Shown: positions 24,801 through 38,653, numbered from the stretch's first letter. The stretch: 64,000 nt of DNA from Strigamia acuminata (GCA_949358305.1 OX442314.1:16864001-16928000); one strand, 5' to 3'. The notes: a model not told the origin generated them from the letters alone. Translations and numbers: made by a program.

Positions 24801-26823
24801 TGAGGAAAAGTCAATGCTCTCGTTTCTTAAGCTGTGGGCGTGTTTTTGGTTTCTCTACCATCTGTGCAGGTGTTTCTTAGCTCTTGTCGTTAAGGTGGAT
24901 GATCCTGGGTAGAAAAACAACGCCATTAATGTGCACAAGGAAAACAAGGACACCAGCTGGTGAGCCTTTTGTCTATCAATCTGCGGAGTCGTCTTTGCAG
25001 CAGGAAGTTGGGATACGGTTCTTTTGTTGACAATGAATTGATGAAAGAAATTTACGAGATTTCAATTTTATTTTAAACAAATAATAAAAAATATATATTT
25101 TTTAGTCGATAAAATTATCAATAATCATAATTTTTTTTTTAATTTATTGGAAATTGGAAATTGCTGTGTTTGTGGATTTGTTTTGGAAAGTTTTGGGGTA
25201 ATTCTGCTTGGTTTTAATTTTTCAATTTGCCAATGTGATTGAGATTTCGATTTTTGATTAATCAATCATCGCAAGTGGTTTAAATTGAAATGCAAATTTG
25301 GGGCGAGGAGTGGGAAGTTGTTTAAGTGTGAAATTTTGGGGCGTTGTGACGTTTGTGGTTGAATCGGAAGTGAGTATTGGTAAGTCTTGAGAAGACAGGA
25401 AGCTGACCCTCAGGTGTGGTATGCCAAGTTCTCATGCTTGAAGAGAATTCAGGCTAACTTCCTTTGCTGGTGGCTTCCTGGCCTAGGCCTTTAACAAGAG
25501 ACTTCCCGTTGGATGAACAGGAAAAGGTACTACACCTGACCAAAGAAAACACAAAAGACATGCACGCAGACTTGTTGCAAGACACACCTCAAGTCCTCAA
25601 GATTGGCAATTGCTCGTATTCGTACAGCAATCAATGGTTAGGTTTCGGCTTTTGCAAGGATCAATGCGTGTACTATTTAAATCGCGGCTAATTTATTAAT
25701 TTTGTGTGTTTTTGTTTTTTTTTCCTCTTCTCGTGTCACGCATAAGTCTCACTTCTTTGAATTCGGTTTTGGATGACTGGATAAATGAGTGTAATTTCAT
25801 TCTTCCTTTTAATTGTCTCTTCGTATTTATGACGAAATAGATTTTCCTTATTGACAAAAATAATGCTATTCAGCAAAATATGAAAGTGTCTGGAATTTTT
25901 TTTTTTGTTGTTTTTTTTTGTTGTTTTTTTTTTTAATTTAGAATTTAGAATTTAGAAAAGACGTGGAAAAAACAAAATTTTAAATTTATTGCTTGGTTTT
26001 TGAAAAACAATTTCGTCTGGGGAGGGAAGTTAGGTGAGATGTGAATGTGGATCATTTCCTTCTCTATTCTCATTTTATTCCTCTCATAATGCATGTCGGT
26101 TTCCTTTAATTTCGAGATGAAGTAGATCAACAAATGAATTTCACCACAAAGAACATCCTTTTGGCCGATGGAAGACGGAAAAATGGAATTTCCTTGCGAG
26201 GTTCTATATCACTCTTTTTTTTCGCTGTTTCGCGTCTCCGGTTCACAATACACTTTCAATTTGAATTGCTCACTTTTTTTCTCTTAGAATTATGAATTTA
26301 TTATTATTGAAATGAGCATTTTTCGAGTACAGGTGGTGGGTTTATAGAAATCGGTCAGTTTGTAAGTGGAGTATGCACACACAAAGGTGTTGCACCTAAA
26401 CAACTGACCATGGAGACATTGTTGTCATTAAGGGGATTGTGAAAAGAGAGAGAGAGAGAGGTCCACCAGGTGTTGTAATCAAAATAAGATCACCTGCGTC
26501 CTGTATTATTAGCCTCCTACTGGGTTACTACAAAGACACCACGTGCCTATTTTAGACCCTATTCAATAGGAAGTGGGTTATAAAAATATATGATAGAAAT
26601 TTATTTTATTTTATTTTTACTTTAATTTTTATTTAAAAAATGTTTTGAGTGTGTGGAGGTGTAAATGTATTAATTCTGTTATTATTTTCTTTATTATTGC
26701 ACGTGTATTCAGATCAGTGAGCAATGGACGAGTAAGACTTCATAGACCGTGACCCCCTATTTCCCTTTCCGTTGACCAACCCCTTCCTGCAACAACCAAT
26801 CAGAAGTCCTCTTGGAGGCGTCC

Positions 26824-29800
26824 ATGTCATCCGAAGACGAGAACGAGGCTGGTCCATACCAAAAGAAAAACAAACGGACAAGACAGCGCGTAGATGCTGG
26901 AGAACCGCGCAACTCTTACGCCTCAATCCCAAACTTCTGCTCCAGACCCAGTAATTATTTGGTCCAGAATGGCCCGAAAATGTTGAACGAGCTTTTAGCC
27001 AATTCGAGGACCCCTCTTAGATGCGAGGTGGATTTCGCCTCAGACTCCACCGTCGATTCCACCGATTTGGGACTCCGCCTCAACGGCACAGCGCCAACTA
27101 ACGGAGTTGGCAGCGATTCATCTTCCACTTCGTGTGGAGGTATTCTTCTAGACGTCCCTGGTGGACCTCCTGACAGTCCGCAAGACGACCGAACTCAACT
27201 ACTTCGGGAGATTCTCCAGGGGAGTAAAACCGAAGGCTCCAGTCTCATCTCACAGCTGCTCAAGGTAAATAGCAACTTTTTTTTCGCTTTTTTTTTAATC
27301 ATTTGATTCATTTTTTAAAATTTTTTAAAAAAAATTTTTAAAATTATTTTAATTTTAATTTTAATTTTTTTGTGTTTTTGGTGGGTGTCATTTGTCTTTT
27401 GTAAATGAGTCTTGTGACTTTTTGATTATTGTGTCAACAGTCCAATTGATCGTGATTGGATCCTTTGAAGAAAAAAATTCATCGCGGTTAATGTTAAGTG
27501 AATAATGGTTCTTAATTGATCGAGATTAAGAAATCAATTGAAGCGGTTCAATTGGTGTCAATGAGTTGGAGTTGAGTAAAGTCCAAATCTAGAGTTAAGA
27601 GTTGTCGAAAGTTGGTGATAATCCAGTGACATCATGTGGGTCGATTGTTTATTTTTTGCTGTGATGAGACTGATTAAAAAAGATATACTAATCAGCTTTT
27701 TTTTATTTTTTATTTGTTTTAATTTTTTTTTTTAATTTTTTTTTTATTTAGGTTGCCGGGGATGAGGGCCCCAAGTCGGCGGCAGACGAGCCACCTTCTC
27801 CCGGGAAGATGAACGGCGCCTCCGTCGAACAGTCGACACCACGAGTGGTGAGCACGGCCGACGAGAAGCGTGCCCGGGTTGAGACGATTGTTAGTGGCAT
27901 TCGATGCGACACTGCCCCCGTCAATGGGTGCAAGAAACGTAAACATTACCAGCCGCAGCAGCACGAGGCGGCAACGGCCGAGTCGGTACCCAAACACCGT
28001 CGACTCGAGCGCGAAGTTCTTCGGAAGCAGCTTGGGGAGATTCAGGCGCAGCTCGTGCAGATGCAGCAGCGATACTTTGAGCTGTTCGAGACTGAGACGT
28101 CCGACTCGGAGGTAGACGGCGTTGGGATTGAGGCGAAGATGGGCGGCTTGAACATCGACATGAACATGATGAAGCCCATGGTGGGACTGGACGTCGTGCG
28201 GGCGAGCGTGAAGAGCGAGAGGGGCGACCATCACCACCGACCTGAATCGGCCTGCGCCGACTTGATGGATCCGGCACAGTTTATCGACGAAGCGCGTCGA
28301 CTCGTGCACGAGCAAGAGAAGCTGACGTCCATCAAGTTTCCCGGTTTCGGACGACTTCCGTCGGTGGCCCCCGTGGACGTGGACGGACTCGCCGAAGCCC
28401 TCAAGACTGAGATTGCTGCATCTATTGCCGTTCTTGTCGACTCGATTCTGATGCGCTACGTGCCGAAGAGGAGCAGGCCGCTGGAGTTCCCCAAAGACAT
28501 TCTGGACAGAAGGTCGCCGAGGACCAAGATCGTGGACCGGGGCAACGGAAACGTGCCGGTTTCGAGACCAGCCAACGGATTCGCATCACCTGGTCCCTAT
28601 CCTGATTCGTCGGTCAAAGGTTTGCCATCGAATTTGATGTTTCCGAAATCGCCGATGACCGTCTTCAGCCATCAGCCGTCGACGCCGCCACATCCACCGT
28701 TCGTGTCGGACGGCGAACAGAACGAAGCACTTTCGTTGGTTGTGACGCCGAGGAAGAAGAGGCACAAGGTGACGGATACCCGGATTACTCCGAGGACTGT
28801 AAGCCGGTTGCTGAATCAAGAGCCCTTAATGTCGACTTCCGAAAATTCGTACCACCCGCCGCCCTTGGTTCCCGCGTCGTTACCCACGTCGGTAGCGATC
28901 CCCAATCCGAGTCTTCACCATTCGGATATCTTTTCCTACCCCTTTTACCCGGGTCCGCACCACGTAGGGTCTCCTCCGGATACGATAGACGATGACATGA
29001 TGATGCATCCAGGGGCGACCATCCTTCATTCGACGATGGTTCCTCGAGGATCGCCCGACACCATGGGACACATTAAAAACGAAAACGGCGATGGATCCGA
29101 TTGCAACTCGGCAGATGTCAGTTACGACAACATTCCGCCTGTCATATCCTTTTTAAAAAAAAACCAAAAAAGAAAAAGAAACATTTTTTAATATTTTAAT
29201 TTTTTTTTAAATTTTCCTTAACGCTTTATTTACTCTTCCACTTTGACTCCGATGCATCTGCGGAAAGCGAAACTCATGTTTTTTTTCGTTCGGTACCCAA
29301 GTTCAGCCATTTTGAAGATGTACTTTCCAGATATAAAGTTCAACAAAAATAATACTGCGCAGCTAGTCAAATGGTTCTCCAACTTCCGGTGAGTCTTTAT
29401 TCTTATTAATTTTTTTTTTTTTAAAAAATGTATTATTTGATAAAAATGAGCAAATGAGTTGAAAGGGAAAGGTTATTTTGAACAAACGTGTTTGGGTTAT
29501 CTGGCAAATCGGGTCATGTTAATGTGTATGACGCTTGCGCAATTATCATCGAGATAATTTAGCGTGTAAACAGTGCGAATTGTCGAAAGAACTCGTGGAT
29601 AGAGAAATGATAAAAATGTGTCTATTGTGATTAATCAGCAGATTTTTGTAAACCGAAATCGAAAGCAAATCGAAATTGAATCCAGGAATGTGGAAGCCAT
29701 TTTGTTTTCTGGTTAAATATTTGTCGGTTTAGTTTTTCCAATTGACGTTTGTGAATGTAATTAGAGGCTGAGGGCTTATGTGATTTGTGCAGCAGAATGG

Positions 29801-32800
29801 TCAAGTGGGATTAAGTCAAAGCCCAATCAATAAATTGATTAGTTAGGCCTAAAGGAAAATTAACTGCTAACTAATTCAACCCAAGTAAAGTTGACGTTGC
29901 GGGTTTTTTTTTCCTATTTATTTTTATTTGTTTTCTCACAAATTGTGAAACGATTTTGAAACGAAAACGTGCAAACGGAGACGAAAATGAAATATTGTCG
30001 ACATCATTTAACTTTGTAGCTTAAAATGATGGCCATTCTTAAAGAAGTGTGTGACACGAGTATCGAGGGTTTAGTGCGGTAATTTTTCGGAATTTAGCAG
30101 TAATCCAAGAAGGATAAACGAATATACAAACACAAGTTGAAGGAGATTACAGGGGATTTGAAATACATAGATCAAATACAAGATGAACGACGGGAAAAGG
30201 AAACATTTCTCAAATTGAAGCGTGTAATTTAAAGTTGCGTGTTGGGATGTTGCGAGGAGGAGGAGGGAAAATGGAAAATAGAAAATGGCAAATGCGTTGT
30301 AGTCGTCGTTGTATCGTGTTGTGTTCGGGGGACTGTTGGGATAAATGCGAAGGTTTAATTTCGGGTGTGTTAAAGTAGTTAATATTTATTCGCAATTTCT
30401 TGAATCGGGGTTGTGTGCAAATGCATCTGCTTGAATGTGTATCGATTCGTTTGCATGAGTGGGGGTTTAAAGGGTTGAAATGTTTGCGCATGCGCATTTC
30501 TGAGTGGATTAGGAGAAGTTTCCGCTGTACGTCAACCGACATCAGCGATATACTCAACTGACATACTTATAAAGCGAAGAATTGCGAACCAACCGAACGT
30601 TTTCGAGACTCAAGAAAATTATCTATTTTATCTGCTTGTAACATCTGAAATAATATTTATCAGCGATTAATTCAATAAGTCTTGGAAGTTTTGAAATTCT
30701 AAGGAACAATACCTACATATGTGCAGATGGGTGCAAACATCCGGTTTTTACTAAGTAATTGATTGCAAGTTATTCACCCTTCATTTCAAAGAGGATAAAA
30801 ATAACTAATTAACAACAATAATAATAATAATAAAAATAGATTGGAATTTTTTTTCTTCTTCTTTTTTTCAATTTTTTTTTTTTTTGTAATAAATGGTTGT
30901 GGTGAAATACATGTTGCGAGTGCCACCTGATGAATGAAGCGCAATCAAGCCAGGAGCGGCTAAAGAATGAGTTAAGATGATCAACTTTAAGTGAAGTTTC
31001 CTCATTGGCCAAAGATCTCCGTGGGAGCCAATCAAATTGATTCTCTCAGGCGGATCACATCAAAGATTTGTAGACTCGGATGAAGATGAAAAGTCATCAT
31101 GCACTTTAAACATTGTTGACAACACTTGGCGAAATTTTAGTCGGCGATTAGCGCCGCCTTATTATTATTATTTATTTATTTATTCGATATAAATTTCAAT
31201 AAGTTTTTGGGATTAAAATTTCTTAATTAAAGTATTAATCTTGGCTAATGGCGCGTAATGAATGCGAGTTCAATTAATGAGCTGCCATCGGACGAAAAGT
31301 GTGGCAGCCTTAAGTTGAAATCTCAATTTTCTTTAATTACGTTTGATTAATTGTTCTCAGCAGTTAATTAGCAACTATTAATGTCATAAACAACCAAAAT
31401 GGAGTGTGGTAATGGGAGTAGCAGTAGCGTCAAGGAAATATTTCAAGAACTGGCTACGACCTTATTGAATTTTAGACATTAAAATTTAATTATGCGCTTA
31501 AAGTGTTCCGTCCACCTTTCGGAGCAGCCTTCGTTGTCTTCGATCAACTCGATACAAAAATGAGAATCAATTTTATAATTCTTACGAAACGAGCGCTCGA
31601 TATGTGTGTGCAATTTGCATATTCGATAAGCTAGCACTGTATCAACAACTCGTGTATTTATTTCTTATTTACACTGGCTGTATACGTTTATATAATTAGT
31701 GAATTTTTCATGAGTAGCGAAATATGGACGTTGAAATTTCGCTTGTCGCGCGGCAGCCATTTTGAAACATTGTATTCGGCTCTGTGGATGAATTAATTTT
31801 CTCATTAATATGCACAAGCAGCTGCATTCACTAATTAGAAAGGGATTAACCATTTTCAACGTCCAGGGGATGAAGAACTAACTGTTAAGGACATTTGGGT
31901 AGTTGCACTGTCATCTAGTGGTGAAATAAGGATTCTTTCTCGATCTAAGGAAAATGTGCTATGTATTTACGATAGAAATATTTTTTTTTCCCATTTTTCT
32001 TTTATATGAATTTTCATATGAATGAGGGGTGAAACTAGCATCGCAATGCGCTTTAAAGTCGGCATTGTGAATACAACAAACAGTATTCGTAAGACCGAGC
32101 GAGGCTTTTAAAATATTTCATATATGCTGATATACGATGCTCGGGTAACGCTATACATAATGGAAACTCAATATGCAAAGCAGCTGCCATTTTGGTTGCC
32201 ATGGAAACTCATCCAACAGGGGCAAAGGGCATCCATTAGCACATGACCCATCTTTACTGGACACTAGGACCAGGTGGTTTATGGGGGAAACAGTGCGGGG
32301 AGAGCTTAAAATACAAGCGGAGCAATGAATTTGTGGCCAAATAAGTTAGCAGCTGTAAATGCACTTGCCACCAAGTCGTTGACACTAATGAAATTGCAAG
32401 ACAAGTTCTTTTCACGTTTCAAATAAGACTCACCCTTGTTTATCTTGCGTTACGTTACGTTACGTTACGTTACGTTGTGTTAATTTTTGTTAATTAATTA
32501 ATTAATTTGTATTGATTAATTATTTTATTTTATTTTTAAAAAAAATTTTTTTAATCGATTTGTATTTTTGTTTGAGGTGCATCTTTGTGTTAGGAAAAGC
32601 AAAGTTTTGAAATTCGAATGCATTTGATGTTTGGAGAAGGGTTTTAGTTGATAGTTTGTATTCCAGCAACTTTAACCCTTTATACAAGTGCAGTAAACTT
32701 GTATCTGACAGTTGAGGCTTGAGGTGGGGAGTTGCCATGGCAACAGATCAATAAATGTATGCAATACATGGAAAGCATCAAGTTGAAGTTAATCCACTTG

Positions 32801-33665
32801 TTAAATTTTCCAAATTGCCTATTAAGAAGAAGATACGTGCACATGTATTTAGATATTTGTATAAATTGGAGGTAATTAACCACAAAATTGTAATACGTTA
32901 AAGCTGGCAGCGGCTAAGATGCGTGGAATATAAAATAAAGTAAATGTAGAAAAATGGTCGGTATAAAAGATGATAATTTATATTAATACGATGAAGTTTT
33001 TGAATTTTTGAGTTGCGAAGCAGTTTGATGAGGGGAAATGCATTAAGTGCGTAAACAACGCGATATAACTTTAGTACGATGTTCAAAAGGGTGTAGCAGA
33101 GCGAATTTGTGCTCAGTGTATTGAACCACAAGGTAATACTCTACATAAATTTGCTTTGCATTATTTATTTGAATCTGTTGGAATTAAAGTGAATCTCTTG
33201 TATTTTATGCACATATATATCTATCTATACATGTATCTATTGTTTATTTCTAGTGAATTTTACTACATACAAATGGAGAAATATGCACGCCAAGCGATAA
33301 GCGAAGGAACTAAATGCGTTGATGACTTAAGTGTTAGCGTTGACTCTGAATTATACCGCGTGTTAAATCTCCATTACAACAGAAATAATCATATTGAGGT
33401 ATTTTTTTTTAATATTAAAATGTAAAATTGAAATATAAAAATTTGGATTTTAATTTTAATTTTATTTTTAATTTTTAATTTGTAGGTACCGACTAATTTT
33501 CGTTATGTCGTGGAGCAGACTCTACGCGAATTCTTCAAAGCTATCGCTTGTGGAAAAGATCAAGAACAGTCCTGGAAGAAGTCCATCTACAAAGTGATTG
33601 CTCGCATGGACGACAACTTGCCTGAGTATTTCAAGTCACCGAACTTTTTGGAACAGTTGGAATGA
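26824..33665 (+). CDS. pros: Prospero homeo-prospero domain transcription factor (~770 aa)
   Basis: Exons 26824-27264, 27752-29143, 29234-29388, 33254-33398 and 33486-33665 join in frame: [134 protein letters not shown]. Confidence 0.97.
29144..29233 (+). other. U12-type (minor spliceosome) AT-AC intron of prospero, 90 nt, phase 0
   Basis: 5' site ATATCCTTT at 29144; branch point TTCCTTAAC at 29214-29222; 3' AC at 29232-29233. Removal joins ...NIPPV to [14 protein letters not shown]. Confidence 0.96.
32448..32476. repeat. (CGTTA)n microsatellite in prospero intron
   Basis: Five to six tandem units visible. Confidence 0.85.
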
Positions 33666-36600
33666 AATTTCGGTGTGCCTTCTTCCCTTGCCAACCTTCC
33701 AGAGCGCATGCACAAATTATCGCTGCCGCCATCATCGCCCTTATTTATTCTCCGGTAATAATTTTAACCCTAGTCATCGTTTATATGCTCAGTACGTTGT
33801 TTTACCGTCGCTCGAATTTTTTTCTCTTTAATTTAATTTAATATAATTTTTAATTTAATTTAATCTAATTTAATTTAATTTAATTTTACATTTTTGTAAT
33901 GTATTTGATCAGTATTTTTTTGGTAAGCCCGACGTGTTTTCATCAAAATGCGCTTCACATCTCTTCATTTCCATAGACTGTGATGCTTTAATCTTCCGAT
34001 GGTTGCGCCGAAAACACGAATGGTTCCTCGACGAAGCCTAGTCATATCCGCGGAATTATGAATAAGAGGGTGGTAACAGAAATGTCAAATTCTTTTGCTC
34101 ATCAAATTTTTAATTGAGTAACTAACTAAGAGAAAAAAAGAAAAAGAAAAAGAATTGAGTGATCTTTTTGTTCGGAGACATCACAAAGCAAACTCAAATG
34201 GAAAATACCATATTACAATTGTCTAGTCAATTGAATCTCTGATTTACCCCCTCTACTTTGACGTACAAATCAATTTTTTTACAATCACGTGAGGCTTGTG
34301 TTGAGCTGATAGTCCACTACATGGTTGAGTTTTTGCCCAACAGAACTAACTCAATTTTGAGAAAATTAACTAACTAATTAAGGTTGGCTGGTGGTATATT
34401 TTTGGTCAAATTGGAACCGACTTGACCGAATCCGTTTACATATTTTTACTTTCTCTTCATATTTACGATTTATTTTGTTCAAACATTCCAAAAAGAAAAG
34501 AAAACAAAACCAAACAAAACATTTTGTGTGCCTCTAGCCGCTCACTCTGGTCTTAAACATCATTCCAAGTGTGATATTGTTACGCACATGCAGGTAATGT
34601 GCTCGTGAAACCTCGACGGAGACGAACTTGTCCCTAGTCCATTGCTAAATGAAAAAAAATTCGCCTACCGAGGTTCATAATATTTAAGAAAAAAAAAATT
34701 ATGTTTAAAAAAAAAAAAGTCTTGAGATTTTGTAAGAGAGAAAGAAAAAGTCGTTTATTTCCCCATCTTTCGCTTCTTGTGTCGTCTTTTGGAACGAAAT
34801 GTGTGACATTTCGTTGTGATAAAAATATGGAGCAGTTTTTGAATTTCAAATATTCTTCTTTTATAATAATAATCCTTGAAAAAGAAAATCATTGGACATC
34901 ATTCATCATGAAAATTTTTACGGTGCTAGAAAAGGAAAAAGAAATTTTTAAAAGAAAAATGAAAAGATAAACATTGTTTATTAGTTATAATCCAGCACCA
35001 AAAATGCCTTAGTATAATCTTTAAAAGAAAGGATTAAAAAACAAAAACAAAAAGTGTACTTTGTGAAGATGATGGAAACGAAAAAAGAAGAAGAAAAAAA
35101 ATCCTTAAAGTAACATTCCAATTCTTTGTACTCTATTTTCCTATTTATATATAAATATTCTATAACTGTATCAATTATTACTGATTGTGGTTATTATTCG
35201 AAGCAAACTTACAACTATTTTTCTCCTAGTGTAAGAAATTCGAACTAGGTTCTGGTGAATTAAAAATGGAAACGTCAGTAATATAATTAAATAAAAAGAA
35301 AGAAAGAAAGAAAGAAGATTTCTAAGTTTATATTTATGTATAATAAAAGCTAAATTATCGAATTATTTAACTAAGTAAAGCAAACTTTTGATACATTATT
35401 ATCGTGTACGAATTTATATATTTTCAATTTCGTCGATTAATAAAGGTTAAACATAATAATAATAAAAATAATATAATGTGTAGTCTGTTCGCTCGCTTAA
35501 TATTATAATAAATTAATATATCTATATATATATGATAAAAACCTTTTAGTTAATGTAAAAAGTAAAGATGTATAGTGACATTTCCATTTTTATCATCACT
35601 TGGGGCCTTGATTATTTTATGCTTGAAATTTATTTTCCAAACTTGTATCCGAAAAATTCTTGTTACTTGCAATACGGACCATTTTTCTAATTAATGGGAA
35701 AAAAAAAGAAAGAAAAAGAAAAACATTGAAGAATTTAAGAGAAGTAATTCTTTGTTTGTTCTTTAATTTTTCGTTTTATGTTTGATATGTTTTTATTTTG
35801 TTATATTAAGCGTTCTTTCTAGGCTGTGCTGTGTGCCCTCCTTAAGCAGTGCCTTGTGTCTAGCAAACTGTGAGAAAAGAAATTGAAAATTTCTTGAATC
35901 TTTTTATATAAATGATGAAAATGAAAATACATTTATAATTTTTGTAAAACAAGTACGGTGAGTTACGATATTTTGAAAATCGGTGGACCGTATTGCTCGA
36001 AACACTGTATCAAGTCAAAATTTCTACATATGTGCATGTGCTGGCAATGTGTTATCGTAGTAGAATCAGCGTTCAAGCACCAATCAAATATTAATTTGAA
36101 AAATTCAGTTTATTACGTTTACGTACATCCTACACGCTAGACGCTACACGATTTTCTATCAAAATTTGGCAAGTGCCCTTTGATTGAATTTTATAAGTTG
36201 AGAATTCTTTTTTTCCTCCGTTTAATAAAGTCGCTTCAAATTCGACGAGTCACACGGTACATTCGAAAAGTCTTCTGAAACACGATGCAATTTCACGATC
36301 CAAAATAAAATTTAAAAAAAAAAATACAAATACAGTAATAAAAAAAATAGAACAAACTTTTAACTTTTCTGTTTCTCAGAAATCGAATGTGCTTTTTTTT
36401 AAATGAATTCCCAATTGACACATTTCTATATAGCAAAATGACAGTTCTGACATCTCAAAACATGTTAAAGACTTGGCTACGCCAACTCACTGACGTGTCG
36501 CTGAGATTGCAAATGTAAAGAGACTTTTCATTTTTAAAATTTTTTTTTTTTACCACGTAAAAAAAAACTTCCAATGAATCTGCTACGATAAATACTAAGC

Positions 36601-38653
36601 CATTTTTAGGGGAAGACTGAAATCTATCTTTTAAATTTAAACTGAATCAGTTTTGTTACTTTGTTATTTTTGCTTATATACTGTACTATTCCTTATACCA
36701 CGTGAATTTTAAATTTACATTCATCCAAAAACTCTGAATGACTTTGGTCTTGTTCACTCGTTCATTACATGGGAAATAAGTGTTTTACTTGGATAATAAT
36801 ACGGTCATTTAATCTGTAATAATAATGAATAATTAATAATAACAACAACAATACCAACAACAACAATGCTTGAACAAAGATCAAAAATCATAACGGGAGA
36901 TTGATTTTTTTACATTTATTTTACAAAAGTTAACTGCATCCATTTGCCAAAGTCCCGGTGCAAATTTGCACATTAACTCTATCAATATGAAGAAAACTTA
37001 ACTAACTAACTAACTTTCTCCATTTTACCCAATTGATTGTTTCATTCAGGATTTTGTCTATCTTTAATTAATGAATTAATGAATTAATTACCATTTTCTC
37101 GCGCTAAACGCCCTGTTTTCATCTGGGAATCTGACCCAGAACCGGATCCGATGCCGAAACACAGTGGCAGCCGAGATAAATCGAGTAAAAATGTACTGTC
37201 GTTGGCTCCCATGCCCAAGTGCCTTGATCTTTCCATGCAAAACAAAGGCCATACATTGTGATAGTTGAGACGCGCAGCACATTTTTACTTCCTTTATCTT
37301 TCCGGCTTCTTTCTGTCATATCCCATGTCTGTGATTCCCTTTTATTGCACCGAGTACCTGTCAGGGGATTGTAGCTATTTACTTCTTGACCGCTAATGCC
37401 ATCAAGTGACAATATTTTATAAACAACTTGTTACCAAAGACACGTTTGGTAATCTAATGGAATTAAATTAATAATTATATTAATAATATAGTAATATAAG
37501 AGTGGCTGATTTGAATAGCACGCTAATTGAATGGTGATTATCGGTTGCATTAGCTAATAGCGACAGTCCGGGAAACTTGAGAGTCAGGAACTAGAACGAG
37601 GTTGAAGTTGAGGCTTTTCCTTTTCGTTTTTCTCTTTAGTTTTATCTCAGCACATGTCAAGTATGCGCCACGATTATACTGCCAAACGTGTGCTGCTTTT
37701 CTTGTTCGAAAATATTCGTCAGAAATACTAGTCCAAAATTCAATACAGAATAAAATCAACATTGCTGAAGTAAAGAGTGAATAATCAATCATGAGAATGA
37801 TTCCTGAGAAAGGTTCCTGGCTCCAGTTGTGCCCATTTTGGACCCAGTCTGGGTGCTATGAAAATATCCACGGCCTTCAGTAGGCCAATTTGTGATCAAA
37901 GTCAATTTATGCAGCATCGTATTTTCCATGAATTAGGTTCATGGTTTAAACATTATAAAAATATTTAAAAAAAAAAAGCCAAAAAAAAAATATTTGAAGA
38001 ATTTTTCCGAATCCTTCCAGTTCGTGTGTCTGTGTCTATATGTGAGCTCTTCTACACGATTTTTTGGGATGACCAGAGAAAAATCCAGTTTGTGCATCAA
38101 TATTCATAAGAAACAATAGTCAAATGAGTGTAATTACAATAAATCAATCACATGGCATTAAAGTGTTTTATTTTGCCGGGTTTTTTGGCCCGTGACATTT
38201 GAAAATTTAAGTCGAGACTCGAGAGAAACTAAGAGATTGATTTGTGTCTCACTCTCATAGTCTCATTTCTAGAAAATTGTGCTTTTGAAATTTAGAGTGT
38301 TTAAATTTGGATCAAAATAATACATTTTCTATTGTCATGGTTTGAATAGTTGTGTTCTAAATAGTTTACCCCGAGTGTCCAAGTCCCTCTGCATCCCACA
38401 GACTACAGAAGAAAATCAAAGTTTTTTCACTATTATATTAAACTACTACTATCTATTGTTGGTCAGATGTTAGAATACTGAATATTTTTCCATTTCCTTC
38501 ACTATACATTTTTTCTTCCTTGGGGGGAAAAAAAGAACAAATATCTGCCAATTTTTTCCATTTTGTTATTTATGCATTACAATTTTAAATTTATTTTCTT
38601 TTGTAATAATGTACAATGTATCAGCAGGTATGTGTATTATTAATTTATTAATA

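Noticed and set aside
27719..29071. Several overlapping ORFs on both strands
   Set aside because: Shadows of the GC-rich prospero exon.
37119..37412. 97-aa minus-strand ORF downstream of pros
   Set aside because: No recognisable domain or gene structure; lies in the probable pros 3'UTR.
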